The position numbers and the translations under genes are program-made. 64,000 nt of DNA from Lama guanicoe (taxonomy: Eukaryota): assembly GCA_013239625.1 (NCBI GenBank), contig MU053881.1:6409957-6473956 (forward strand), read 5' to 3'. How positions within the stretch are numbered: position 1 is the stretch's first letter; each line of letters begins with the position of its first letter. Under the pieces are notes generated by a model. The model was not told the origin of the DNA. It worked only from the letters and a program-made list of their open reading frames with translations, and did not search any database. Positions 40,290-53,352 of this stretch are shown here, piece after piece.

Positions 40290-41935
40290 TGAAACTCACT
40301 ATTTTCATTTATATTAAAGTAATAAAAACATTTAAACATTCAAATAATACCAAAAAGTAAACAGTACTAAAAAATATACAGTAAAGAACAGCTGTACTAC
40401 ACCATTCCAACTAACTTTCAACTCAACTATATTTACATATATTTCCAAGTAACATGCTACATTGCTATTTCTTTGATTATTTTACTTTAGACCTCAAATG
40501 TATTCCTGTTACAGTGAGGCTTTAGCTGTCTAATCACTCATCCCTCCACTTCTACCACTCTTCCCATATTCCACCCTCTCTCAAAAATCCAATCAGAATA
40601 ATAACAATTTGGGATTAAATCAATTCTAACATTACCTATAGCAAATAATGTAACAGCTGAGCCAAGGAGTGTACTATGATTATACCACATTTTTAACACT
40701 CCCTAGATTTAATTATAGCATCTTTTCTGTGCTTAGTTGTGCAGATAGGGATGTCACTAATTCTTTCGAGATGCTTTCACAGATTTGCAAAATGCTCTTA
40801 ATGTCATTTCCCACATAATCAATAGCATCAAATAACCTATCATTTCCATTTTCCCACCGCTACCTCTCAAAGCCTTCTTCAACTTTTGGACTGGCTGTTC
40901 CTAAATTTGCTACATAATTATCTGCTTTTTACGTCTGTTTATTGTCATCTTGTGTTGAAGCTCCCCTTTCCCAAACCCCGTATCTTCTATTTTCTTGGCT
41001 TGTAAATCAGGTAGCTTCCTGACATCAAGCACATAAAGGATAAATTCCAGGAGGATCTGCATGTCTAAACATATATTTATTCTCATATACTTGATGATTG
41101 CAGTCTAGTTTGAAAATAATTTTCCTGCAGAAGTCTGGGGACATTACTCCACAGTCCTCTAGCTTCCAGTGCTACTATTCAGAAGTCTAATAACATTCCT
41201 GATCCTGATCCTTCATAGGTGACTTTCCTTCTGGTAGATTTTAGGATCTTCTCTCCATCCTTGTTATTTTGAAATGTCCTGATAGGAAGCTTAGTGTATT
41301 ATTATTATTTTTTTTGCATTCATTATGCTGGGTACTTATGGAATCTTTCAAACTGAAAATTTGTGTGTCTCAGTGCTGAGAACGTTTTTTGGTATTATTT
41401 ACAAATTTCCTTCTATTTTCTCTGTCCTCTCTTTCTTGAACTTCTATCAGTTAGATGACAAGCCACTTAGTTTCATACACTAATATTCTTGTATTTTTTT
41501 TGTCCTATCAAATCTCTCTTACTTCTTTTGTTCGACTTTCTAGGATATTTCCTTAACTTTATCTTCCAACTCTTTTACTGACTTTTATTTTGGCAACCGT
41601 CTTTTACATTTGGAATATTCTCTGAACTTTTGTTTTTGAAACAATATCCTATTTGTGTTTCAGGAAAGACCATTTTTTTATCTTTTTAAGGATATTAATT
41701 ATACCTTTTTGAAATTTACTTCTATTCTTCACTTTGTCTCTCTTTCTACTAACTCTCCCTTTTTAAAAATAAGTTTCTTGAGATAATTACAGATTCATAT
41801 GCAGTTGCAAGAAATAATAGAGAGATCCCACGTATTGTTGACCCAGTTTCTTGCAATGGTAAGTTCTTGCAAAACTAAGGCACAATCAAGAAAGCACATG
41901 GATACAATCCATCAATCTTATTCGGCTCTTCCAGG
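40290..41935 (-). mobile_element. Old antisense L1/HAL1-like fragments plus an L1MC-type 3' end (41765-41935)
   Basis: cattactccacagtcctctagcttccagtgctactattcagaagtct; gagataattacagattcatatgcagttgcaagaaataat. Confidence 0.55.
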
Positions 41936-41960
41936 TGTGTGTGTGTGTGTGTGTGTGTGT
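41935..41960. repeat. (TG)n microsatellite
   Basis: Seen directly. Confidence 0.95.
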
Positions 41961-42636
41961 TTCTCTACTGTATCTGATACCTGAAAACTTTCAATTTAAT
42001 TTCCCAAGGGAAAAAAGCTCTGGTCTTGGGAGTCAGGAGGGAAGTGCATATGGGTAAGAAAGAGGAAAAGGCCACCACAGAGCTGTACAGGTAGCAGAGA
42101 AAACCCCGAGGGAATGGGTGCAGAATATAGACTTTTTACCAAAGTCTTTCTAGCGCCACTGCCCATGTCTAACTTCAGGAAAACCCCACTGCCATCATCT
42201 TTCAGCAAATGAGTTTGGTTTTTTTTTTTTGGTATCCCTCTCCATAAGAAAGTAAATTGCAATTCTGCTCTGCTAAGTTAGCTATTCTAATTCATCCTCT
42301 TTAACTTTGAAAAATATGTTTAGTATCTCCTGCCAAGTGTTATATTCTCTCCCACTCTGTTTAACTGAAAATTTCAAAACAAAACTCTTCATTTTCCTCC
42401 CTAAACTTGTTTTCCTCCAGCTCCAGAGCTCTTTTCTTTTTTCAGCAAAATCAAAATATAGAAGTTACTATGATATAAAGTGGGGAAAAGATTTCAATAT
42501 TGGATATCAGCAGCTACCTTTGGTCACAAATTTTTCTGAACTTTTTGAGTGCCTAGTAAAAAAATAAAGATAACTATATTGCTTAATTCTGTGTCCTTTT
42601 ATGCCGACCAGCTCTCAAACTCAACTTTTTTCTTAC

Positions 42637-42802
42637 TTGTTCTCCAAGTTGTTGGAATCTGTACTGTGCAGAGGTCATCTGCAGATTCATCTGCTGAACT
42701 GCCAATGAAGTCAAAGCTCAGGCAGCTGAGGACCAGTTTCAACACTTGCATTACTAGACTTTGTTGACCTTGATCCTGAAGATTTAAAGGTTTAGCCAAC
42801 AC
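42637..42802 (-). CDS. RANBP17: RANBP17 coding exon (~exon 7), [10 protein letters not shown]...[14 protein letters not shown]
   Basis: Acceptor TTTTTTAG|GTG, donor ACAA|GTAAGA; 166 nt, phase 0 to 1; lies within ORF 42599..42802. Confidence 0.96.
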
Positions 42803-43309
42803 CTAAAAAAGGTTCAAAGTCAAATAAAACATTATGAAATATGGCAATTAGAATTGTATTACTCAACTAATTTAAACAATTCTTCAGTGCCAAATTAAAA
42901 TTAGTAAAAAAAAGAATTTGCAGTTATGTTACCATATATATTAGAAAAAACAGTAGCATCACTATCAACAGTAATAGACTGTTTTCAAATTTAATCTTGT
43001 AAAATGAGAATAAAAACTTTCAGATTTAACTGCATATTGTAGGTCATCTTCTAAAGTTGTACGAAGTCACGTTAGGACAAATACCTTACACAGCACAAAT
43101 GCATAAATGTATAGGATTCATTAGTTCAAAGAAGCAACTTGAACAAGCTGAAAATATAATATTCTTCAGAAAAAAAATAAAGGAGCTTCACCCACATTCA
43201 GCTAACAAAGATTCTCAATGCTGTCTGAATGTGTGAGGACACTCACAAGAATCCGAAGAACAATCCTGACTCCCTCAAAATGTTTATTCTGACACAACCA
43301 GAATACATT

Positions 43310-43540
43310 TTATCTCCAAGGGATACATTGTGGAAATATATGTGGAGGAAATGATATGAAGTTTGGGATTGTGGTTTAAGAATAACACAGAAAGAAATAA
43401 AGTGGTTAGTTAAGGATAGAGATGACACAAAACTGGTCATTAAGTTGTTAATGCTTAAATGGTTGATGGGTCCAAGGGAGTTCATTATACTATTCCAACT
43501 TTTTGTGTATGTATTAAAATTTTCCATACTAAAAGAAAAA
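43310..43540 (+). mobile_element. L1MC/MD-type 3' end
   Basis: gggagttcattatactattccaactttttgtgtatgtattaaaattttccatactaaaa. Confidence 0.65.
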
Positions 43541-44217
43541 AATTAAAATAACAAAGGAACTTTCAGTCTGGCCTAGTGTGACAGTTACCATACTATATCA
43601 TAGAACTGAAATAAGGAGAAACTAATGACTAGTGGAACATACTTTGGGAAATGCTGTACTACCCCAATTGACAAGCTTGAGCAGCATGATGGAGTCCCTA
43701 TATTACAAGAGAACACAATACAATTATGAATCATACTATCCCTAATATTCAATAAGGAACTAAGTAGCAAATGGGAAAATATTACTTCCTAAAGAAAGTA
43801 TTAAAGTCAACTATCTTGGATGAACTATAAAAAAAATTGATAAATGATGAATTAGAAAAACTCAGTATTATTTCATTGTACATCTGCACCCCATTAAATA
43901 TGGGCAGGGCAATAAAGAAACTAAATCTCAATCAGCTTCTGCAATAAGTAATTTGCAGTAGGAAAACAATGAAACTACTATACAAAGAAAGTTACCAAAT
44001 TCCCTTTAGATTCTACTTTGTTATATCCGTATTAAGTAAAAGTGAATTCTTTGGAACCTTTTATAATTTGTGCAAGTCTACTGGAATTAAATCAAAATTG
44101 TCCAAAATAACTCTTCAAAATGCAGAATTGGGAACAGGGAGATTCATCTGAAATTCTTTTCAAACTTAAAACTTCCTAAATACTCTAACTATGATACTGA
44201 GTTATTCAGTAACTTAC

Positions 44218-44322
44218 CTCTTTTAGAAGAGAGCATGCTAAAACTAAAATATCTTTGAGAGAAGTGTCACGGAATGAGGTAGCTATTTTCCTGTGTTTTG
44301 CTGAAGGTCTAGAATAATCAAC
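44218..44322 (-). CDS. RANBP17: RANBP17 coding exon (~exon 6), VDYSRPSAKHRKIATSFRDTSLKDILVLACSLLKE
   Basis: Acceptor CTTTTTAG|GTT, donor GAG|GTAAGT; 105 nt; contains the HRKIATSFRD motif of the XPO7/RANBP17 family. Confidence 0.96.
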
Positions 44323-46369
44323 CTAAAAAGATCAAGACAACTTTATTTAACCAGACTTACCAAACACCAAAGCAAAAGTTTACTATGTAAGAATAGGAAT
44401 GAAAATAATGATTAAAGAATCATAAAATATATAGTTAAAAGAGCTTTTCAAAATCTACTAGGATAAATGACTTGTTTAAGGTTAATCAAAGAACTAATAA
44501 CAGCAGAGCCGCAGTTAGAACCCAAGTTTCCGGACTGTTTTAATTCAGTGCTCTTTCTACAAACTTATACTGATCCCAAAATTAAAAATCAGAAATGATC
44601 ATACTTTCAGAGGCAATGTAAACATAGATTATAAAACAATACATACTATTAACTCCTAAACCATGTACCATATTTCACATTAGGCAAGTAATAACTTCCC
44701 TGTTCCTCAGACTCTACCTTTGAGAAATCTCTAAGATAATCTTCAAATTCTAACTTTCTGTAAATCAGCAAACTGAATCAGTTATAGAAGAATTATATTT
44801 ATTATATAAGAATAGGAATGAAATAATGATATAGAAATATACATATTCCAATATACACCAGATATGTGATTGATTCATATATTTTGGTTCTAAAAAAAAA
44901 CCAAGGCAGAAATTATAAATAATCAGAAATTTGACTTATTACATAAGCAACAGTATATTCCCTCTGAATGTTTTATTAGTTAATAAATAATTTTTAAGAA
45001 TAAGTTTATTAAGACCAGGTCTTGAGCCTCTAATCTAAAATATAGTATGATAAAAACTATGCTATTAATATCAATAATATTTCCATTTATCATTAGGAAA
45101 TGGCAAACAAACCTGAAATCTGATACCCAAACAATTATCAATACCACAGGCTACAGTTGTTGTAGCATTCCTTTTGCTATGTGGAAGATGAAAATAAACC
45201 GTTTTCCTTGCTGATGTTTACATATTTGAAAAAAGTAGTGAGCTCAAAATTGAGTACCTGATACTTCCTAAGCTCCATCATACAATTTGGTCTATACCTA
45301 AATGCCACATTTACTTATAGAAATATGAAACATAACAGAAGACCACAGTGATTATACAAAGTAGTCACTGGAATCTCTATCCAATATGTAAGATTCGAAT
45401 GAACATTTCCAGCATTCTTCCCTTCTTTTACATCAAACACCCAATTCTTCTTCAATTGGTCTGTGTCTTCATTCTCCCTCAATACATAAAAAAAAAAAGA
45501 TTTCTCCTAATATAAATTAATAATAGCATTACAGCATTACAATTTCAACTTACGTACTATTCACGTATTATTTCCCTAATCTTCAAAACTAACCTATGAG
45601 ATACGTATTATTCTCTTCTCACATATGAGAAAATTAAAATTTACAGGCACACCATACTCACTGAGAGAAGAATCTTGGGTATACTGAGCATTTGTATGTA
45701 CCAGAACCTTGCTGGTAACTAACCTAATCTTAGTAAGATCCATGGAAAGTGCCATTCTTACTTTACAGAGAGTGACACGTAAGTTTAAAGACATTAAGAA
45801 GGTTATATAAAGTAGTAGGCAATAGAGCTAAAACACAAATCCAGGTCTTATTTCAGAGTTACTGTCAAGTCCTACGTACTTATTTTACTTGGGTCACTCA
45901 TTTAGATATCCAATATTTTGAGGAGAGGAATGCATCATCTTTTCCACTGTAAAACTATGACTCAAAACTGTAGGCAAAGAATATTTTACTTCTTGATGAT
46001 TATACATTGAATATACTCCAGGAACAGTAAGTAGCCTTAGCTTAAAAAAAAAAATAAGGTAACATATAATTCTCAACTTTTAGGAAACCTCAAGTTTAGA
46101 TCTTTTTCTTAAAAGATACATCCTGTTATTGATGGGAATTTATCTGGCTCAAATTTGACAACTGTGATATTTGCTTTTTCATTATGCTTTATAGAAATCC
46201 CTACTTTCTGGTTCAGAAGTACTTAAGAAATGTTAGTTGAAATCGTTAATGCTATAAAATTAGGCTAAGTAAAATGTCTCCACAGAAACCATGTATTTTT
46301 TATCATATAAAGCCAAAATCACACTTTAGATCTTGAAGCTTTTTTCAAAAGGCACTTGGTTCTACACAT

Positions 46370-47285
46370 GATAAGCCTGGAACACCTTGTGACAGAAAGT
46401 AAGAAAACGTTCAAACATTGGTGAGTAAATGTCAAATGAACAGAGATCCTAGCTTGAAAGGGTTCCTACTGGTCAAATTTGGGAAAATGTAAGCATCAAA
46501 ATATAACGTTAGTAACAACCTATAACATATTAAATAAAGTAGGAAACCAGGAACCCATACTGATATAAGTAATAAACGAATAAATTTAAAGTTTGATGAG
46601 GAATGAGGTATTTTCAGAGTTTTAAAGTACCTCCTCACAAAATATTTATTTACAAAGTGGAAAAGAATAAATCTACAACTGGAGAAGCCTGGTAGAAACC
46701 ATCTTAGTCAAGTGACCAAAGTGAACATCATTAGTAATGTTACACGTCAAATCATGTGCTTCCTGAGGGGAGCCAATGAGAAGATCACAGTCATTTCTGT
46801 GATATTCCTGACAAATATGCATAATCTGAATTTAATAATGAGGAAACATCAGATAATCCCAAAATGAGGTACATTTTACAAAACAATTGGCCTGTAGTTG
46901 TCTCAAGTGTCAAGTTTAAGAAAGTGAAGAAAAGATTTAGGAATTTTTTCAGATTGATGGAGACTAATAAAATGTGTAGGAAAAAAAAAAAAAAGAGTTG
47001 CATGATTCTAAACTGGTTCCTTTCCGGGATAACTGGTTCGAGTTTCCAGGTAAATTTGAATTGAGTATGAAGATAACAGTAATGTCAGTGTTAATCATAC
47101 TAACTAGACATATAAATCTGATTTTATTGATTATATTGTGGTTATGCAGGAGAATGTCTTTATATGTAGGTCATATACTGAAGTATTCTGGGATCATGTT
47201 GGCAATTTAGTATCAAACGGTTGAGAAAAATACATCTTTCTATTGTATTCACAAATTTTCTATAAGTTTAAGGAAGTCAATTAAA
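46370..47285 (+). mobile_element. L1MC4/5-type 3'UTR
   Basis: ggagaagcctggtagaaaccatcttagtcaagtgaccaaagtgaacatc; tctgaatttaataatgaggaaacatcagataatcccaaaatgagg. Confidence 0.75.
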
Positions 47286-48059
47286 AAAAACTTGGTTGCT
47301 CTATAATAAAATCACACTTTTATTAAAATTCTGTATTACCCAGTCTAGTCTCAGTAACAACTAAAACACAGCAAACCCTCACTACCAGGGCAGTCTTTAT
47401 ACTATTATGCTATAAAGTAGAAAAAGGAAAAAAAAATGCTAGTTTTAAGATTAGCAAAAAGTTGATGGTTGTGTAAGTTGGATGACTGGTACATGAGGTT
47501 CTTAAACCACTTTTATGAGAGGAAATATTCATTCTAAAATTATTTTAAAATATATTTTTGCAAAGAAGAAAGCTATACTTCTTTAAACGTATTTACAGAG
47601 CTTAATAGAATTACCCAAAGTTTTTGTCGTGACATCCCGGCCAACACAGTAACTCTGTTCCAGGGACTACTATTACTAGTTCTGAATATACATCCATCCA
47701 TCCATCCCTATATGTCCTTCTTGTGACATACTAACATATATATATAAGGCAAGAAATCTTTACACACTCTAGGGCAGAGTTGTGGTAAATTAAGAGAGAA
47801 TTTTAAATTTGAGAAATCTTTCCAATAATCTGGAAATATTTTCGAATTTCTGATTGAACACAAATAAAAAAAGTTATTTTCGGGTAATATTTTTTTTAAT
47901 GCACAGAAACTATATTGTCACTTCAAACAGAGTTGGCAAGTGGTCCTGGGTATGCAAGCTCTCCCTACATACATTTATACATATATGTATGTGTGTATAT
48001 GTATATTTACACACACACACACACACAGCATTCAAAGTGAAAAGTAAAGTCTAGTAAGA

Positions 48060-49448
48060 AAGTCTGGATCAAGAGAGCTAAGTAGGAAGATGATAAGCTT
48101 ATCTCCTCCTATGGATGCACCAAACTACAACTATACATACAATTATCTCTGAGAACGACCTGAAGCTAGCAGAACAGATTTTCTACCAGTAAGGATATAA
48201 AGAAAAGCCCACATCAAGATAGGCAGGAGGGGCAGAGCCGTGGCCTAGTCAGAACCTACAACCTTCGTGCAGTGACCCACAAGTGGAAGGAATATCATAA
48301 CTGGAGAAATCCCTCCTACCCCAGGAGCGAGGAGTCCGAGTCCCAGGTCAGGCTCCCCAGCTGGAGGAACTGCACTGGGAAGATGGGCTCCAATAATAGC
48401 TGCCTTTCAAAATCAGCTGGGTTGATGTCTAGGAGAGCCAGGGGTCTGTGGGTAACCAATACTCTGCTCACTCATTCCAAGTCCTAGTGCAGAGGCAATA
48501 GCTTAAAAAGAACCTGAATCATACAATAAGGACACTCACTGACTAACCTGAAGGTGGGTGCCAGTGAACCAGGAATCTAGCAAAACTTTATCCAGGGACA
48601 GAAGTGCTGATGGGTGCCTCTTTTAAAACTCCTCTTCCACTTAGCTGACCCAGCACTGGAGAGCACCATTTCTGTTGATCTCAATCAACCTGGCTAACAC
48701 TGCACCCTGCCACAGCATTCCACTATCCTGCCCCATCTGCTCATCCTGGCCAACTTCTCCGGAGCAATTCTCATCCTATCCCACCAGAGCAGCAACCTCA
48801 GCAGGCACTGATACCCCTATGATCCAGCAATTCCACTTCCGGGTATTTATCCAAAGGAAAAAAAACAGTAACTCAAAAAGATAAATGCACCCCTACGTTC
48901 ACTGCAGCATTAATTACAACAGCCAAGATAGGAAGCTACCTAAGTGTCCATCAACAGATCAATGATTAAAGAATATGCAGTGTATATATACACAATGGAA
49001 TATTACTTAGCCATTTAAAAAGAATAAAATCATGCCATTTGAGGTAACATGGATGGACCTAGAGGGTATTATGCTAAATGAAATAAGTCAGACAGAGAAA
49101 GACAAACACTGTACTTCACTTATATGTGGGATCTGAAAAACAAAACAAACAGAAAGACTCACAGATACAGAGAACAAACTGGTGGTTGCCAGAGGGGAGA
49201 GAAGGGGGTTGGAAGCAACAGGTGAAGGGGATTAAGAGGCACAAACTTCTAGTTATAAACTAAGTCCCAGTTACATAATTATACTATAGGGAATATAGTT
49301 GATAATATTTTAATAACTCTGTATGGTGACAGATGGTTACTAGATTTACATTGTGATCAATTCATAGGTATGTAAATGTCAACTCACTGTGTTGTACACC
49401 TGAAAGGAATACAATATTGTATGCCAACTGTACTTCAATTTTAAAAAA
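48060..49448 (+). mobile_element. Internally deleted L1: 5'UTR joined at ~48810 to ORF2 C-terminus and 3'UTR
   Basis: 48060-48810 resembles the L1 5'UTR at 1368; from 48812 reads atgatccagcaattccactt...acttcaattttaaaaaa. Confidence 0.75.
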
Positions 49449-50071
49449 GATGATAAAAGTTCTTGAATATAAGCACTACACTCCCATTTATTATAACATT
49501 CCATATAGAACCCAACTTCTGCTCTTGCTCTGTTAAGAACCACGTTAAACACAAAAGTGAACAGGAAAAGATGAGGATGTGCTCAGCTGCCGAGCTTATA
49601 ACGGCACTGCTAGGGGGAGGCGTAGCTTCTGCAAACCCTCCTTGTACAGGTGAAAACCCATGCTGCCAAGTGACAGAATGTCAAGTAGCTTGTTTTTGAT
49701 GAGTCCTATTGTGTATTCATTACTGAGAGTCAATTCAACCAAACTGCTTGGCTTCCATCTGCAAGTGAATAAGGGTTTGTATCTTTTTGACATATAAGTT
49801 ATTTCTTCTGGTTAGTATATTATTGTACACACAGAAGATAAAAGGAAAATTCTCCAATTCCATGGAGCAAGGACCATGTCTAGTCCCCTTTCTTTGTAGT
49901 ACTTGATATCACTGCTATTATTTTTAATAACAATGAAAGTGTTCCAATACTTAATCATCCCACCAAAAAAAAAATTTGATTTTTCAGAGTTTTATGTCAC
50001 ACAAAGATTTTACATTAAAGAAACAGCATTACTTGGCAAATTTCATGTCACCAGCAGACAAAAAGGCTTAC

Positions 50072-50137
50072 CAGGTTCATTTCCTGAGTCAATTCGGAGA
50101 GGATGATTACTCCTATTATGCAGTGTTCCACAGTGCC
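50072..50137 (-). CDS. RANBP17: RANBP17 coding exon (~exon 5), GTVEHCIIGVIILSELTQEMNL
   Basis: Acceptor TTTTCTCCAAAG|GGC, donor CTG|GTAAGC; 66 nt, phase 0 to 0; translated by hand. Confidence 0.95.
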
Positions 50138-51125
50138 CTTTGGAGAAAATAACCAAATTTAGCCTAAGTGAAGATATATGATTGGTTCTTAATGTGTATA
50201 TCAGATAATATTTACAAGTAATTAAATACTGAAACATCATATTTTCTTAAAACAGGTCTATTAAAACATATAGAAAAAGCACTATAAAGTCCACAAATAA
50301 TAATTTCATCTTTTGAAGGATAAATTTAGATATACAGAGTTGAATGGGAAAAAAAGCTTACCTACCTTAGAACTGCATGATATTCTACAAAACGTTTTCA
50401 GCACACAGGACTTGCAATTAACTAAGCCTCAAAATACAGCAGTTTAGCTAACACTTTTTACAAAAAGACCATGAATAAGAATGAACAAAAAACATTTTTT
50501 AGGTCTATAAATTTGCTCGAAGGCTACTGAGATAGATGTATTCAATAAATAACAAATAGCTTAAGAACTCATTTTAATCTCTTGATCTAATATCAGATAA
50601 GATCGTTTAGGTCCTTTTAATACTATTTAATGGTGCATGTGTATGCATTTATTATGTATCTATAATGAAGGCACTGAAGTGTCCAGTGCAGTAGATAAAT
50701 ACATGACTATCAATATGGTATAATGGTTTTAATTTAGTCAGCTTCTAATTTAGTCTCTCAAAATCTTCCTTTAAATCAAAATTCAGATTTCATATACACA
50801 TTACTAACAAATTACCTTACTGTAAAATCACACTGGAAGTATGAAAATAGTAAGTGTAACTGTAATAATTTTTAAAAAGCACTAACACAGATGATACAGT
50901 TTTCAAGTCTTAATTTTACAGCTGGTCACTCCTTACTATCACAGAATTCCACTAACACTGGGTCACTAGGTGAAATCAAATTCAAATTACCTCAGAATAA
51001 AAAAAAAAGAAAGATCCATAGTTTTTCCATTTTAATTCTTTATGGCCCTTCAGCACAATCTGAATTCTATGAACTAAACTATAGATTTCATATTACTGAA
51101 GCATTCATGCTCTGTGTACATCAGG

Positions 51126-51398
51126 CCAATGCTCCTTAAAGTGTGGTTCTCTGACCAACTGTTGGTCTGTGAATCTGCTGGTGGTCTACAAACTCAATTT
51201 TAATGCAAGGATGGTTTGGTACCGACCCACAGCAAGACAGAAGAGTTTGTACCAGAATATAAAACAACTAGGTACACTATTTAGTTCAGCTGCATTTTCT
51301 TTATAGTAAGTCTTTCTCGATAAGGGAAGCAATGCATTGATTTACATTCTGACATGAATTCCTTATCTTGCTGTGGACCAGCAATTTCAACAGCACAG
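51126..51398. mobile_element. Non-autonomous hAT-Charlie element (MER119-like)
   Basis: Ends caatgctccttaaagtgtggt...tttcaacagcacag; internal inverted ccagaatataaaacaa / ttgatttacattctg. Confidence 0.6.
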
Positions 51399-52759
51399 CC
51401 GTAGATGACAGTAAGATCCCCTGGGTATATATGTAGAAAGGAGGCACGAAAATGTTAGGAGTATAGCAGCAATAGGTTAAAATAACAGAGAAAAGAAAAT
51501 ATACAAAACTTCAGGCCATTAAAAATTTAACAAACTTAAAATAATTTTTAGTACTAAATTCACAAAAGCTGCTAATATCCAAAGGAACCATGTGGTACTA
51601 TTTTAGGGTATTATAACACTAAGACTACTGTCTTTCTCATGACTCAAGATTTGGTTAAGTCATATGCCCAGAAGGCAAGTGTTTTTGTCGTGTGATACTG
51701 TAATAAACTTTGAAGATAAAACATTCAGTTTCTTCTGATATTCCACAGCTGACAAAAACACACTAAAGCCCAAATTAAGTTCAACTTAGCAGCCACTGAA
51801 AAGGGAGCTTGAGAAATGTCAGCCAATAAGAATGATTTCATTCCATTTAGTTTTCAACTTTGATTTTATTTTAAAAGAACTCTGAAGTCCATTCTTATCT
51901 ATGTGAGTGATTCTTGATAAGCTGTGTGTGATCTTAGTAAACGACAAGAGAGGGGTGCTACTGTGTTAGTCTGAATTATATGTACGAGTCTAAGGTGAAA
52001 AACTCATCTGTTACTGAATAAACTATCCCTCTGCCCCAGAGCAGATCCCCTCAGGGATAAAAATACACTTATTCTGTAGTTTTAGATGATCCAATATTTG
52101 TTAACCAGGATTTTAATATGAATAAAAAAGCAATACAGTCTGATATTTCATATTCTGAGATTTCAAGCATTACACTATATGATGGAGTTACATCTTACAC
52201 AGGGATTAAATTTTAAAGTTACTGTATAAGCAATAAAATCTGAGAAAGTGCAGATTACCCCAAACTGCCAGTAAATCGACACTGAACCATCTCTCAAATA
52301 ATACAAACTGCCAGTTTTCCCCTGAAAATTGTAACAGGTCATTGCTTCTTCAGCAGAGCACCAGGTAAGTACTTTCCTTACAATTAGGGATAACATTTGT
52401 ACGAAAAAAATACGTATCTTTAAATATCTGATTCATACTATACAGGGCATGGTGGTCATGCAGGAACAGAAAAGGGCAGATTTCAGTTTCCCGTATCTCA
52501 CCCCAGAATGTGAAATACAAGTGGAATCATTGGCACAATTTAAAGGCGTGTCCTCCTGCTTTTCTTTTTTCTTTCTTCTTTCCTTTCCTTTTTTTTTTTT
52601 TCAGTTCAAATACCTGAATTTGTGTAACTTAAATGTGCATATGCTGTAACTTTAATCACTTAGGTTAAAAACATTCTTAAGGAGCTAGTATGACTCAATC
52701 TGATATATGTGAACATTTTTAAAATATATATCTTAAGTTAGAAAACCTATTGAAGTACT

Positions 52760-52890
52760 AGCGCTTGGCTTTACTAGGTCACTGTGCAAACATGTGAATT
52801 AGTTAACTTTTCTAAGCCTCAGTTTTCTCATTTACAAAATGAAATCCCCTTCAGAGGTGAAATGAACATTAAATTAGATAATACATGAAA
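52760..52890 (+). mobile_element. MIR fragment
   Basis: ttaacttttctaagcctcagttttctcatttacaaaatga core. Confidence 0.7.
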
Positions 52891-53185
52891 AACATATATA
52901 TGTTTTGCATATATGCAGTACACAGATACACAAGGTTAGAAATGACAGAACGTATGTTTTTGAAATTAGAAAACATTATAATTTGATTCTTCTGCCTTGG
53001 AAGTTATATGACATGATCCTCTTTTCCTGGCAATAAAAAACACAGGATCCAGAGGGTAAACAATAAATCATAATTAATATGGAACTGGTAGTCACAAAAA
53101 CAGCCATATAGCTTTAAGAAAAGCAGTTTTCTAAACCAAAAAAAGCAACTAGTGATGTTCTTATAATGTAGTAACATCTTCTTAC

Positions 53186-53352
53186 CTGAAGAAACTTCTT
53201 CACATCAGCAATAATTTCTCTGAAGACAAACTGGTCTTTCTGAACCTCAAACCACCCCAATTTAGTGATTTTAGCGATGACTTGAATTAGAGCTTGGATG
53301 ACAAAAGGAGCCAGCTTGGGTTGTGATGCCACATAATTAAGAATGTAGTTTC
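53186..53352 (-). CDS. RANBP17: RANBP17 coding exon (~exon 4), (R)NYILNYVASQPK...ADVKKFLQ
   Basis: Acceptor TTTCACAG|GA, donor CAG|GTAAGA; 167 nt, phase 1 to 0; lies within ORF 53114..53410. Confidence 0.96.

Noticed and set aside
52338..52370. Perfect plus-strand donor CAG|GTAAGT suggesting an antisense micro-exon
   Set aside because: One 9-mer match in 64 kb is compatible with chance, and no linked exons or promoter are visible
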